Shown here in pieces: positions 49,801 to 60,049 of a stretch of DNA of 64,000 bases. A program made the translations under genes and the position numbers. Location of the stretch: contig NIVC01000162.1 of NCBI GenBank assembly GCA_002269645.1, forward strand, positions 487,545-551,544, read 5' to 3'. The first letter of the stretch is position 1. Every line of letters starts with the position of its first letter. The DNA comes from Macrostomum lignano. Lineage: Eukaryota. Under the pieces are notes generated by a model. It saw nothing but the letters and a program-made list of their open reading frames with translations. It did no database searches and was not told the origin of the DNA.

Positions 49801-51520
49801 TGAAGGATTTGGGGGTGAGGACGGCAACTCACTGAAGGATTTTGGGGATGGGGACGGCAACCCACTGAAGGACTCCGCATTCAAGCTTTACTTACGGCAT
49901 GCTAAAATCGAATAGGTGAGGTCCGTTTCCTTTAAGCATTTTGTAGGCTCGTCGCATGATAGTCTTGCACTCGGGAGGCACGTCGCCGCCGCTTCCACCG
50001 CCGCCGCCGCCGCCGCCGCTGCCGAAGCCGCTGACGCCGGCTCCGGAATAATCGGCGGACAAGTCGAGTCGAGGAATTTTGGCATAGGGGAATCCGGCGC
50101 TAAGACTGTCGTCGTTCAGCTCCTCCGTGATGATGCAATCGTCTTCCTCCTCTTCGTCGGCTTCGTAATCGTCGCCTTCCACCTGTGATTCGACATTCGT
50201 ACATAACGGCTGCGTTTTAGACACAACATTAATGTGCTCGGGCGATCAAATGACCTTGAGTAATAGCAGAGTCAAATGACCTTGAGTGATAGCAGAGTCA
50301 AATGACCTTGAGTGATAGCAGAGTCAAATGACCTTGAGTGATAGCAGAGTCAAATGACCTTGAGTGATAGCAGAGTCAAATGACCTCGAGTGATAGCAGA
50401 GTCAAATGACCTTGAGTGATAGCAGAGTCAAATGACCTCGAGTGATAGCAGAGTCAAATGACCTCGAGTGATAGCAGAGTCAAATGACCTCGAGTGATAG
50501 CAGAGTCAAATGACCTTGAGTGATAGCAGAGTCAAATGACCTTGAGTGATAGCAGAGTCAAATGACCTCGAGTGATAGCAGAGTCAAATGACCTTGAGTG
50601 ATAGCAGAGTCAAATGACCTCGAGTGATAGCAGAGTCAAATGACCTTGAGTGATAGCAGAGTCAAATGACCTTGAGTGATAGCAGAGTCAAATGACCTTG
50701 AGTGATAGCAGAGTCAAATGACCTTGAGTGATAGCAGAGTCAAATGACCTCGAGTGATAGCAGAGTCAAATGACCTTGAGTGATAGCAGAGTCAAATGAC
50801 CTTGAGTGATAGCAGAGTCAAATGACCTTGAGTGATAGCAGAGTCAAATGACCTTGAGTGATAGCAGAGTCAAATGACCTTGAGTGATAGCAGAGTCAAA
50901 TGACCTTCAGTGATAGCAGAGTCAAATGACCTTGAGTGATAGCAGAGTCAAATGACCTTCAGTGATAGCAGAGTCAAATGACCTTCAGTGATAGCAGAGT
51001 CAAATGACCTTCGGTGATAGCAGATTCAAATGACCTTCAGTGACGGTGGCAACACAGTTATAAAACGACTAACCTTAATGGCGCCAAGCGCCGCGCCCAG
51101 CACGCTACTGGCGCCCATGTCGCCAAGTACAGACGCCTTCTCTTCCTTAGTTGAAGCATTGGCGCCACCAGACAAAGACGAGGCGGCAGTTGATTCGCGA
51201 TGCAGCTGCTGATGCTGCGATGGCGGCGGCTGTTGCTGCTGGTGCTGCTGCTGTCCGGACACGCTGGCGACAAGGCCGGCAGCTTCTAGCTCGGCGAGCC
51301 GGTCGCTTCGATCGAATGCCCGACAATACCTGGGCTCCATGGAGTGAACCACGTGAGTGTGCAGATTGCCGATGATTTTCAGTGCAGAGAACAGTTCGCG
51401 CTCGGCCATGGACTCTACGAGCATTTGCGCGTTAGTGATGGTGGATTCGAACAGGGTGAGAGGCGAGAAACTGTTGCCAGGCGGCAGCAGGCTCGAGTGC
51501 GGGCTGAGTACGTCTGCCAT
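37818..51520 (-). CDS. Gene B: C14orf93/DUF4616-like putative DNA-binding protein (about 418 aa) with a mutually exclusive exon array
   Basis: Constitutive exons 51520-51074, 50182-49896, 46350-46253 and 38165-37818, plus one variant exon from 45332-39473. The frame closes only with a phase 1 to 0 exon. Clear paralogy to gene A (FSPLTLFE.TITNAQML.ESMA.REL, LKGNGPHLF.FSMP, RQKSFEL, RDYTSSDE, LRVR.LAWES, PPP..P.WAL). Family assignment rests on recalled motif similarity (F.S..N..V, KLRSRR, SDEE...W). Confidence 0.85.
38195..39175. repeat. About 27-bp G-rich minisatellite gggagaatgggatttggggatgctgat
   Basis: Directly visible tandem units. Confidence 0.93.
39473..39549 (-). CDS. Gene B variant exon 14 (77 nt): xLPKTSRLTDIFWDFRKQMRSKLRLT
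   Basis: Splice sites gcgcag| and |gtaatg; phase 1 to 0. Confidence 0.85.
39718..39794 (-). CDS. Gene B variant exon 13 (77 nt): xLPKAGRLSEIFWDFGKQIRIKLRHN
   Basis: Splice sites cttcgcag| and |gtaatc; phase 1 to 0. Confidence 0.85.
39868..41088. repeat. Purine-rich compound repeat (gagagtgaacagaaaggtgaa) inside the variant-exon array
   Basis: Directly visible tandem units. Confidence 0.95.
41254..41330 (-). CDS. Gene B variant exon 12 (77 nt): xLPKAGRMCEIFRDFGKQIRTKFRLS
   Basis: Splice sites tttttcgcag| and |gtaatt; phase 1 to 0. Confidence 0.85.
41540..41985. repeat. 45-bp minisatellite (with degenerate flank) inside the variant-exon array
   Basis: ggtgataaagggtctatgctcaaggtgacggaggtctattcccaa. 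Confidence 0.9.
42267..42343 (-). CDS. Gene B variant exon 11 (77 nt): xLPKSGRLSVIFSDFKRQVHDKYRGL
   Basis: Splice sites ttgtag| and |gtaagg; phase 1 to 0. Confidence 0.88.
42510..42586 (-). CDS. Gene B variant exon 10 (77 nt): xIPCRGRILYMFSDFALKARCKFKQL
   Basis: Splice sites gtttcag| and |gtgagt; phase 1 to 0. Confidence 0.87.
42743..42819 (-). CDS. Gene B variant exon 9 (77 nt): xIPTSCRLLYIFQNFRSASRLKMRLS
   Basis: Splice sites ccgaag| and |gtaagt; phase 1 to 0. Confidence 0.83.
42972..43048 (-). CDS. Gene B variant exon 8 (77 nt): xLPKDSRINYLHSNFGTKIRAKYRIS
   Basis: Splice sites attgcag| and |gtgagt; phase 1 to 0. Confidence 0.88.
43217..43293 (-). CDS. Gene B variant exon 7 (77 nt): xLPYASRTIFLFIDLRRKMRFRFRSF
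   Basis: Splice sites atttcag| and |gtaaga; phase 1 to 0. Confidence 0.85.
44038..44114 (-). CDS. Gene B variant exon 6 (77 nt): xLPYKSRPDRVFCHIRSALRAKYRET
   Basis: Splice sites cttacag| and |gtaaga; phase 1 to 0. Confidence 0.85.
44279..44355 (-). CDS. Gene B variant exon 5 (77 nt): xLRSEFRISTAFSKMRFESRHALKLN
   Basis: Splice sites atttcag| and |gtgaga; phase 1 to 0. Confidence 0.8.
44473..44549 (-). CDS. Gene B variant exon 4 (77 nt): xLPKEARISMIFISFRTDAKKRFKAL
   Basis: Splice sites tttgcag| and |gtaagt; phase 1 to 0. Confidence 0.88.
44713..44789 (-). CDS. Gene B variant exon 3 (77 nt): xLPKDGRINFIFKSFKLNARTRLKLC
   Basis: Splice sites tttccag| and |gtaagt; phase 1 to 0. Confidence 0.88.
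44981..45057 (-). CDS. Gene B variant exon 2 (77 nt): xLPKEGRINFIFLSFRRNARARLKLC
   Basis: Splice sites ttttttag| and |gtaagt; phase 1 to 0. Confidence 0.88.
45262..45332 (-). CDS. Gene B variant exon 1 (71 nt): xLLRRTVAMFAEFRRDMRLRLKTS
   Basis: Splice sites ttgtag| and |gtaagt; phase 1 to 0; no stop codon; homologous pattern. Confidence 0.8.
45786..45842 (-). promoter_or_regulatory. Putative RNA docking site for mutually exclusive splicing of gene B
   Basis: Transcript sequence UCACUUUUUCUCCUUGCCUACUUGGUCUGGAAACGUCGCAAGUUCUUUGGCUUGAGC lies between the constitutive exon and variant exon 1. It is reverse-complementary to elements upstream of variant exons 2-12. Confidence 0.75.
46432..49872. 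repeat. 26/32-bp G-rich minisatellite, 3.4 kb
   Basis: ggatttgggcacggcaacccactgaa and ggatttggggatggggacggcaacccactgaa units. Confidence 0.96.
50268..51042. repeat. 26-bp minisatellite gagtgatagcagagtcaaatgacctt
   Basis: Directly visible tandem units. Confidence 0.96.
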
Positions 51521-51579
51521 TCCGGAGCGGCGGGCATGAACGGAACAGTAATGGATGAATTAATTAGTGACGAGTTCAA

Positions 51580-52250
51580 GTGAACCTGTAAATCCCTAAA
51601 TTGAACTTGTAAATCCCTAAATTGAACCTGTAAATCCCTAAATTGAACCTGTAAATCCCTAAATTGAACCTGTAAATCCCATAATTCAACCTGCAACTAC
51701 CATAATCGAAGCTATAAATCCCATAATTGAACCTGCAACTCCCTAAATTGAACCTAAAACTCCCTAAATTGAACCTAAAACTCCCTAAATTGAACCTGTA
51801 AATCCCTAAATTGAACCTGCAACTCCCTAAATTGAACCTAAAACTCCCTAAATTGAACCTGTAAATCCCTAAATTGAACCTGCAACTCCCTAAATTGAAC
51901 CTAAAACTCCCTAAATTGAACCTGTAAATCCCTAAATTGAACCTGCAACTCCCTAAATTGAACCTAAAACTCCCTAAATTGAACCTGTAAATCCCTAAAT
52001 TGAACCTGTAAATCCCTAAATTGAACCTGCAACTCCCTAAATTGAACCTAAAACTCCCTAAATTGAACCTGTAAATCCCTAAATTGAACCTGTAAATCCC
52101 TAAATTGAACTTGTAAATCCCTAAATTGGACTTGTAAATCCCATAATTCAACCTGCAACTACCATAATCCAGGCTGTAAATTCCATAATTGAACCTGTAA
52201 GTCATAATTGAACATGTAACTACCATAATCAGAGCTGTAAATCATAAAAT
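51580..52250. repeat. 21-bp minisatellite ccctaaattgaacctgtaaat
   Basis: Directly visible tandem units. Confidence 0.94.
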
Positions 52251-53183
52251 TGTACCCATAAAATCGCCTTTATACACCCTGTAACTTTACAACTGTGCAA
52301 TTGTCAAATTCGCTAACCCAAAGCCAAAAATCTATCAAAATGAAACAATGGAAGCAATCCAAATGTGATATGCTGTAAACTATTTGTTGAACCCTCTATC
52401 AGCTAATACTACCTAAGCTAAGCACTTCTACGGATTGAATTTAATAAACAATAGTTAAAAACACAGTTCTCAACACATTCATTAAAAACAGCATGTGATA
52501 AGTGGACTTATTGCAAGAATTAGACGAGAATCAATTTTATAAAAAAATGGATAATGATACAAGGTCGGCTAGCAAACAAGACGGAGATGCAACCCAAGTC
52601 GAACAGACATATCGATTAGCAATTAGATGTCTCTGTATTCAACACAAATAATAAGACACAGTAGTAAAATAATGTAGTGATTTGTTGGCAACAAACAGAT
52701 AACTGGGAGCTTGGGACTCGGTCAGCACAGTATCGCACAAAGCTATGTATGCATTGAGTAGATAAGGGATAGCACTGCAAGCTAAATGCCGATGTTTGCT
52801 AAACTGCATAGAATACGAGCTTATATAACAGTAGCTTATATAGTGTATACTAGATATTATATGCTAATTACACAAAGGCGATTTTATTTTAGTTATCATC
52901 AATATACAACAAAGCAGCTGATAAAATGATTAATTACGGAACCGCCTACTCAGAAGATTAGTTTTTATAGTATAGTATGCTACTAAAAGAGAATATTATA
53001 AACAAATCTACAGACAGGAGAATAATTGCCACTAACGATGATGGGATAAGTTTTCGACAGGGAATGTCTGCTGCACATCTAATCTACATTATTTTATAAT
53101 GCTATAGCTGGGGATTATAGGGGTATAGCTGCAAAAATTTACACCTGTTTACTAACAGTAATATTATTATTATTACACATTTA

Positions 53184-56100
53184 TTAAATGTTAGTTTTGA
53201 AATCCTCCGCCAGCGCCCAGTCCGGACAGTCTGTAGGTGGCGGCCGGCCGCTAACGCTGCTCGAATCTCTGATTGTCCGGCGCAGCTGTTGCGACTGCTT
53301 CTGATTGGCGCAGGTTTCTAAGAATGCCTCGTCCAATTGGCGCTTCATGCCGGCCATCTCGGCGGACTCCCAGGCTAGCGAGCGGACTCGGAGAGCTCCG
53401 CTGCCGCCGGCTCCTCCACCGCCGCCGCCGCCTCCGAGTTCGTCGCTGGACAAATCGGCCGCGGTGGCATCCTCATCGGAGGAGGTGTAATCTCTGGACA
53501 GCAGGACGCGGTACTTGTCAAACTGATCGGTTGACAGGCTGCTAGCTAACAGTTCGAAGCTCTTCTGCCGGCGGGCTAGTTTCTATGGGGAAACAGGCGA
53601 GGGCCAGAGGGGACGGGGGTCAAGTGGGATTTTAGTACATTTCATTCTGGTGCATCAAGCTATACAATATATATTACTATTAAACTTTTTTATAGCATCA
53701 TACTTACCTGCCCAAGCTGCCCTAAGGTAAAAGTATTATAAATTCAGTATTATTAACATATACTCGTACAAACTTTCTGTAAGCAGGAGAAACAGAATAT
53801 GAAGGCAGCACTAGAATGAGAGAAGATACTTTGCCAGGTAAGAAATGTCCCCAGTGCATGAAACTGTCTCACGTTCATGAGACATTGGTACTATTATTTA
53901 TGCGCTTATAAGGGCGGTTCTAAATGTGTGTATGGGGCGATTTCTAATGTGCTTATAGGGAGATTCTTAATGCACTTATAGGACGATTCTTAATGCACTT
54001 ATAGGGCGATTCTTAATGCACTTATAGGGGCGATTCTTAATGCACTTATAGGGAGATTCTTGATGCACTTATAGGGCGATTCTTAATGCACTTATAGGGA
54101 GATTCTTAACGCACTTATAGGGCGATTCTTAATGCACTTATAGGACGATTCTTAATGCACTTATAGGGAGATTCTTGATGCACTTATAGGGCGATTCTTA
54201 ATGCACTTATAGGGGCGATTCTTAATGCGCTTATGGGACGATTTTCACGGGCTTATAGGACGATTCTGAACGGGCTTATAGGACGATTCATAATGCGCTT
54301 ATAGGACGATTCTCAACGGGCTTATAGGGTGATTCTTAATGCGCTTATAGGACGATTCTCAACGGGCTTATAGGACGATTCATAATGCGCTTATAGGGCG
54401 ATTCTTAATGCGCTTATAGGACGATTCTCAATGGGCTTATAGGGCGATTCTTAATGAGCTTCTAGGGCACATCTTAGGGCGGTGTTCGCGCGGAGTTAGA
54501 GCAGAACCAACCCAACGGCCAAGACCTAACAACCTACTCTTTGGCGATTTCTTTGTCTGCGCTTTTCGGCCGCGAATTTCTCTCGCATTTTCAGCGCACT
54601 AGAGCTGAGATCCTGGGCAAACAGGTACAGTTCGTCTGAAAACAGCGGTTTAAAAACAACAAGAAGTCAAAGATTGAGTTTAACTGAAAATTCTAAAAAA
54701 GCTTTAAGCCAGTGCCAGAAACACGTTTGAATGGCGCTAATCTGGGCGAGCATTTCGGTGACAAAACATGGAAATTTAAAACACCACAAAAACAATCTGT
54801 CAGTCTATCAATTAATCAATGAAATCATTATAAATAAACATTCTCGGACCTTTCTTCGACTGCGCAGTTTGCTCATAGCGAGCTTGTTGCTGCTGCGCCT
54901 GTTCTGCACAGCCCGCTGCATGTTGCAATAAACGTCAACAAATAAGCCTACAAATAGTCATAAATTAGTATGCAAGTTGTTTTATTTATGCCCAAACTAC
55001 TGACAAGTAGTGCACTTGGGGATCGCAATATTTATCGAATGGTGTCGTGTCGCATTCATAGCTGAGGCCAGTGTGAAAAAAGCGGAAATGAAAACAATGG
55101 CATTAAAATTAATACTTGCTGACACCATTGAAACTCTCGGTACTATTAATATACCTTCTGTTTGTAGCGAATCCTCCTTATCCGCATTTTATTCTTATGC
55201 AGATCGTCTTTAACTAAGCCGTACTGCTCCCGGGCGGCGGCTAAAAAGATCGCATTTATTAGCAAAAACCTTAAGCGAGTACTACTATAAGTAGTTAATC
55301 AGCATGTAAGAGCACTTGCGATCTTGTGACCTTGAACCAGCGACATAGTGATAATGATGGAGAATACAATGAATAAAACTTTAATAATTTTCCAACAAAG
55401 AAACGTGTGGTGTTAACAACTAGAATCAATTAATTAATGATTAACTGTTAAATAACGGAGTTAATTAGATGATTAATTGCATAGAAAGGCTAGCAAAAGT
55501 GCCGGATCTAACATTAACGACCCATGGCATTTGCTAACATATTTAACATTAACGGCACCATTTTGTGATAATGTAGACATAGATAATGGAAACTCCTATA
55601 AAATGGCTTGACGGTCACCAAATGCAAGGAATAGGCCCATCGTGTACAACGGCAGCTTATCTGGCAGCTTGACATTTTCATAACTATTTAGTAAGCGAGA
55701 ATTATATGATTTTATAAAGAAGAATTTGCTAACTTACTCCACCACACGTCCTGCGGTATGCCAGGCAGTGGCAGCTGTCTCTGCGCGTGAGACATCACCT
55801 GTTCTGCTACGCGCTGATTCACCGAGTCTGTAAAACTAAAATGGGCAGAAGGGTGGCCGAAACTAATAAGGTGTATGCAGATAGGCAATTAGCTTTGTAT
55901 GGCACTTGGTAGCTAGGCACATAGGCAGTAAAAAAACTTTCTTATTGGGCTTGACCTAAGAGGCCTGGACCTTAAGGTTATTGCTAATGAGGTTAGAGGG
56001 TTATTGCTAATGAGATTAGAGGGTTATTGCTATTGAGGTTAGAGGGTTATTGCTAATGAGATTAGAGGGTTATTGCTAATGAGATTAGAGGGTTATTGCT

Positions 56101-57804
56101 AATGAGGTTAGAGGGTTATTGCTAATGAGATTAGAGGGTTATTGCTAATGAGATTAGAGGGTTATTGCTATTGAGGTTAGAGGGTTATTGCTAATGAGAT
56201 TAGAGGGTTATTGCTAATGAGGTTAGAGGGTTATTGCTAATGAGATTAGAGGGTTATTGCTATTGAGATTAGAGGGTTATTGCTAATGAGATTAGAGGGT
56301 TATTGCTAATGAGATTAGAGGGTTATTGCTAATGAGGTTAGAGGGTTATTGCTAATGAGATTAGAGGGTTATTGCTAATGAGATTAGAGGGTTATTGCTA
56401 TTGAGGTTAGAGGGTTATTGCTAATGAGATTAGAGGGTTATTGCTAATGAGGTTAGAGGGTTATTGCTAATGAGATTAGAGGGTTATTGCTATTGAGGTT
56501 AGAGGGTTATTGCTAATGAGATTAGAGGGTTATTGCTAATGAGGTTAGAGGGTTATTGCTAATGAGATTAGAGGGTTATTGCTAATGAGGTTAGAGGGTT
56601 ATTGCTATTGAGTTTAGAGGGTTATTGCTATTGAGTTTAGAGGGTTATTGCTAATGAGGTTAGAGGGTTATTGCTAATGAGATTAGAGGGTTATTGCTAA
56701 TGAGGTTAGAGGGTTATTGCTAATGAGATTAGAGGGTTATTGCTAATGAGGTTAGAGGGTTATTGCTAATGAGATTAGAGGGTTATTGCTAATGAGGTTA
56801 GAGGGCCATTGTTAATGATCTTAGAGGGCCATTGTTAATGAGCTTAGAGGGCCATTGTTAATGAGCTTAGAGGGCCATTGTTAATGATCTTAGAGGGCCA
56901 TTGTTAATGAGCTTAGAGGGTCATTGTTAATGAGCTTAGAGGGCCATTGTTAATGAGCTTAGAGGGCAGTGCGACACAAATAACTTAAAACGGGCGTTTC
57001 GTAATGAGTTTAAACAATAAGATTAGTGTGCGATTATCGAACTCACGGCATAGAAAAGTTGAACAGATGCGGCCCGTTTCCTTTCAACTCTCTATACGAG
57101 TTGCGCAGCGCCGATCTGCACTCGCTGTTGACGCCGGTCACAGGCAAAGCTGCTGCCCCAGCTACTGACAGCTCCTGGCTGGTGCCAGCCGCTGCAGTTT
57201 CTTGACGAGTTCGCTTCCTACTAGGAGACGCTGCAACAGCGGCCGAGGCGGCGGCAACGCCGGGCGGCGGAGCAAAAGCGGCAGCTGAGCCAGCAAGAGA
57301 ACCGTCCTCCTCCATGATCAGGCAATCGTCAATAGAGTCCTCATCCTCAATCAATAGCTGCTCCTCTTTGACACTGCCGCTGCCAAATAGTGAGATGCTG
57401 CGGCCGCCAGCTGATTGGGCGGCGTCGAACTCAGTTTTTGGCCGAGTCGAGGCGCCATTGGCTGTGGCCTGGCTGACAGTGCCAGCGGCGGCTACTGACG
57501 ATGGCAGCGGAGATGACGCAGCCGAAGATGTTGTGGCGGCGGCGGCGGCGCCAGACAGGAGGCAGGCTCCGTGAGCTTCGCTCCGAGCAAATGCTCGCTC
57601 GCATCTGGGCTCAATAACGCCAACAATGTGCGTGTGAAGGCCGCTGGCAATGCGGAGAGCGTGCAGCAGCTCTCTATCAGCCATGGATTCAATCAGCATC
57701 TGAGCGTTAGTAATTGTGCACTCGAATAGTGTTAATGGAGAAAAATTGTTTGAATTGTTTGGGGCACCAGCGTTGCCGCTCAATTGCGCTACTTCGCAAG
57801 CCAT
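53184..57804 (-). CDS. Gene A: tandem paralog of gene B (C14orf93/DUF4616-like, about 450 aa) with alternative exons
   Basis: Exons 57804-57047, 55835-55738, one of (55240-55155, 54947-54850, 54635-54538), then 53582-53184. Phases are consistent, and intron positions after FSMP and DVWW/DVWQ are shared with gene B. Confidence 0.85.
53935..54465. repeat. 23-bp minisatellite ttatagggcgattcttaatgcac
   Basis: Directly visible tandem units. Confidence 0.92.
54538..54635 (-). CDS. Gene A variant exon 3 (98 nt): xELYLFAQDLSSSALKMREKFAAEKRRQRNRQR
   Basis: Splice sites gttttcag| and |gtaggt; phase 1 to 0. Confidence 0.75.
54850..54947 (-). CDS. Gene A variant exon 2 (98 nt): xLFVDVYCNMQRAVQNRRSSNKLAMSKLRSRRK
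   Basis: Splice sites tttgtag| and |gtccga; phase 1 to 0; KLRSRR motif. Confidence 0.75.
55155..55240 (-). CDS. Gene A variant exon 1 (86 nt): xAAREQYGLVKDDLHKNKMRIRRIRYKQK
   Basis: Splice sites ctttttag| and |gtatat; phase 1 to 0; basic C-terminal end. Confidence 0.7.
55975..56965. repeat. 23-bp minisatellite ttagagggttattgctaatgaga
   Basis: Directly visible tandem units. Confidence 0.95.
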
Positions 57805-59333
57805 TGCTGAGTTTGTTGCAGAAGCCTGGTAGAGAGCAGCTGTCAAGTGTTATGATTGGCTTTAGCGGGTTTCTATAGACAGAGGAGCTGGAATTGGCAG
57901 CAATGGTTAACCAAAAACTCAATCAGTTATGCCATTGTCATATACATGCATACATGCACAACCCCCAAAATTCGGTTGGCCGTGACGCCGTGTGACTTAG
58001 TTTTAACAAAATGCGACGTAGTTTTTGGCCAAAAATGCGACTTTGGGTAAACTGCGTTAAACTCTTGCTTGGCCAAATTGCCGTCTTGTGCTTTTGTGGG
58101 GGCTGGTCACTAATTGCAGATTGTAATGCTCTTGGAAATAGCAATTTTACTAATCTATAAGTATTCTATGTAATGTATAAATACACTATATTGTATGCAA
58201 TGTTATATTACTAAAAAACTCAACTAATTACAAAACTTGGAAATTGAGTATCCTAGAAAATGGTTGAGTTACTCAACAAAAAATTGTCAAGTCAGATACT
58301 CAACAGGCACAATAATAAAGTACTATAGTTAATAAGCTAAATATCTGCTAGATATTAACTTAAAAGAAACTAACATTAACAATAACCTATAATGTTATAA
58401 ATATATAGCAGAATTCAAAACTTAATATAGATAATAATATATAAACCTTTACCTTAGCACCATAGTTTAGGTGACATATATGCCAAGATTTCTTGGCGTA
58501 CAACAAGGGTCTTAGGTCTTCCTGGCATATACTAATATATGATTTGAACTATGGCCTCAGTAGCTATACTCTGGATCATATAGTATATGACCAAAAATTT
58601 GGACATGCATTAGCCTTGCATGCCAAAAGTAGGCATACACAATTGGCATATATCATTCTTACAAAAATCATGTATGCACACCTAGCATATACTTTATAAA
58701 ATCAACACAGAATAGTTATTGTGAAATGGAAAAAAAGATGAAAAAAGTTCATTTTAAGTATAATTTTCAAGCTTTACAGGTTTTTAAGCTTGTAATAAAG
58801 CATTGATTTTCCACTATGAATAATATTGCTGAAAATATTGCTGAAATTGCTGAAAAAGCAGAAAAATAAAATAAATTATTTGCCATAAAGGTTCCATGGT
58901 ATTATGCAATTCAAAAATGGAGTACTTATAGGCATGGCGGCCATGTCTATAATATTTGAGCTTATAGGCATGGCTATTATCATCAATATAAAATGCATGT
59001 TCTATAGGGCTCTCTTATAAGCAAATGGTGGCTTAGTAGATATGTCAATTGCCTTGTGATTGGGTGTAGGAAGGTTTAAATCCCAAGAGGTTGGTGTTTT
59101 TTAATTAAAATTTTTTTAGCAAACAGATTTTTTTCCATCTATAACTTTTTAAGTTTTTTATAAAAAAAAAAAATTAAATTAAATTTTTTAATAAGAATAA
59201 TTTGCTAAATCCTAGTGCAGCCGCAAATATATACATAGCCCATAGTCAGGAAGGTGGCCTTTGCCATGGAAAATTCTAGCACAATACAAGGGGTCCTTGG
59301 CACATAATCATGGTGCACACTAAGGTCCCTGCA

Positions 59334-60049
59334 CCCTATTGGAATAAGTTGACAAAACGCGGACAACCGTCCGTCACATTTTGGATTCTACTGGTGTCAC
59401 GTTGCGCGACAGTGGTTTCAAGTAGTGTGTCGCGTTGCGTGACACTGTGGAAACCTGGTGTCGTCATGCGTCGCAAATGCGACACAACAATGTGACAACT
59501 TGGCGGCTAGCATTGTCATGTATCGCGTTGCGGCCTGGATCTGTAGCCAAAACCTCACAAACTGTGTTTCATTATAATAATATGTTCATGGTTGTTTCTT
59601 GGTATTTAAATGTTTCAAACATGTTTGATAATAACTAGTTCTTGATTTGTTCTTTTTCATTTTGACTGTAAAGTAACTAATACTTCAAATATATTTTTTA
59701 GAAATGTTACTTTGTTAGTTACAATGTGTGCGCTGTTTTTCTAAGTGTTGTACCTTTGTTGTTTCACTGTTTTTTTTATTTCATTTTTTTCCACAAAATT
59801 GAAAGGAATACTCGTCCACACCCCATTGTCTTGGTGTCGGGGTATTGGGAGTGAACGGCAGAATGGGAATTGTCAATTGCAATGTGGCTGCTATGGCGTC
59901 CTCTACCCCCGGTCATTTGGTCAACAGACACCAATGTTGCGTCGCCCGCCCCTAGTCAACAAAATTTGGTGTCGCATTGCGCTTTTAAGGGCACAATTTT
60001 GGCACCTGTGTTGCGCGTCTATGGGTTTTTGAAACTTATTCCAATAGGG
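59334..60049. mobile_element. MITE-like non-autonomous element with a 17-bp perfect terminal inverted repeat
   Basis: ccctattggaataagtt at 59334-59350 and its reverse complement at 60033-60049. Internal tgtcgc(g/a)ttgcg-like motifs, no ORF, no clear target-site duplication. Confidence 0.5.

Noticed and set aside
46870-49884. Pro-rich ORFs of up to 566 aa
   Set aside because: They are translations of the 26/32-bp minisatellite in a gene B intron.
53700-53712. ATACTTACCTG, resembling the U1 snRNA 5' end
   Set aside because: No further U1 similarity follows; it is simply the complement of a consensus splice donor on the minus strand.
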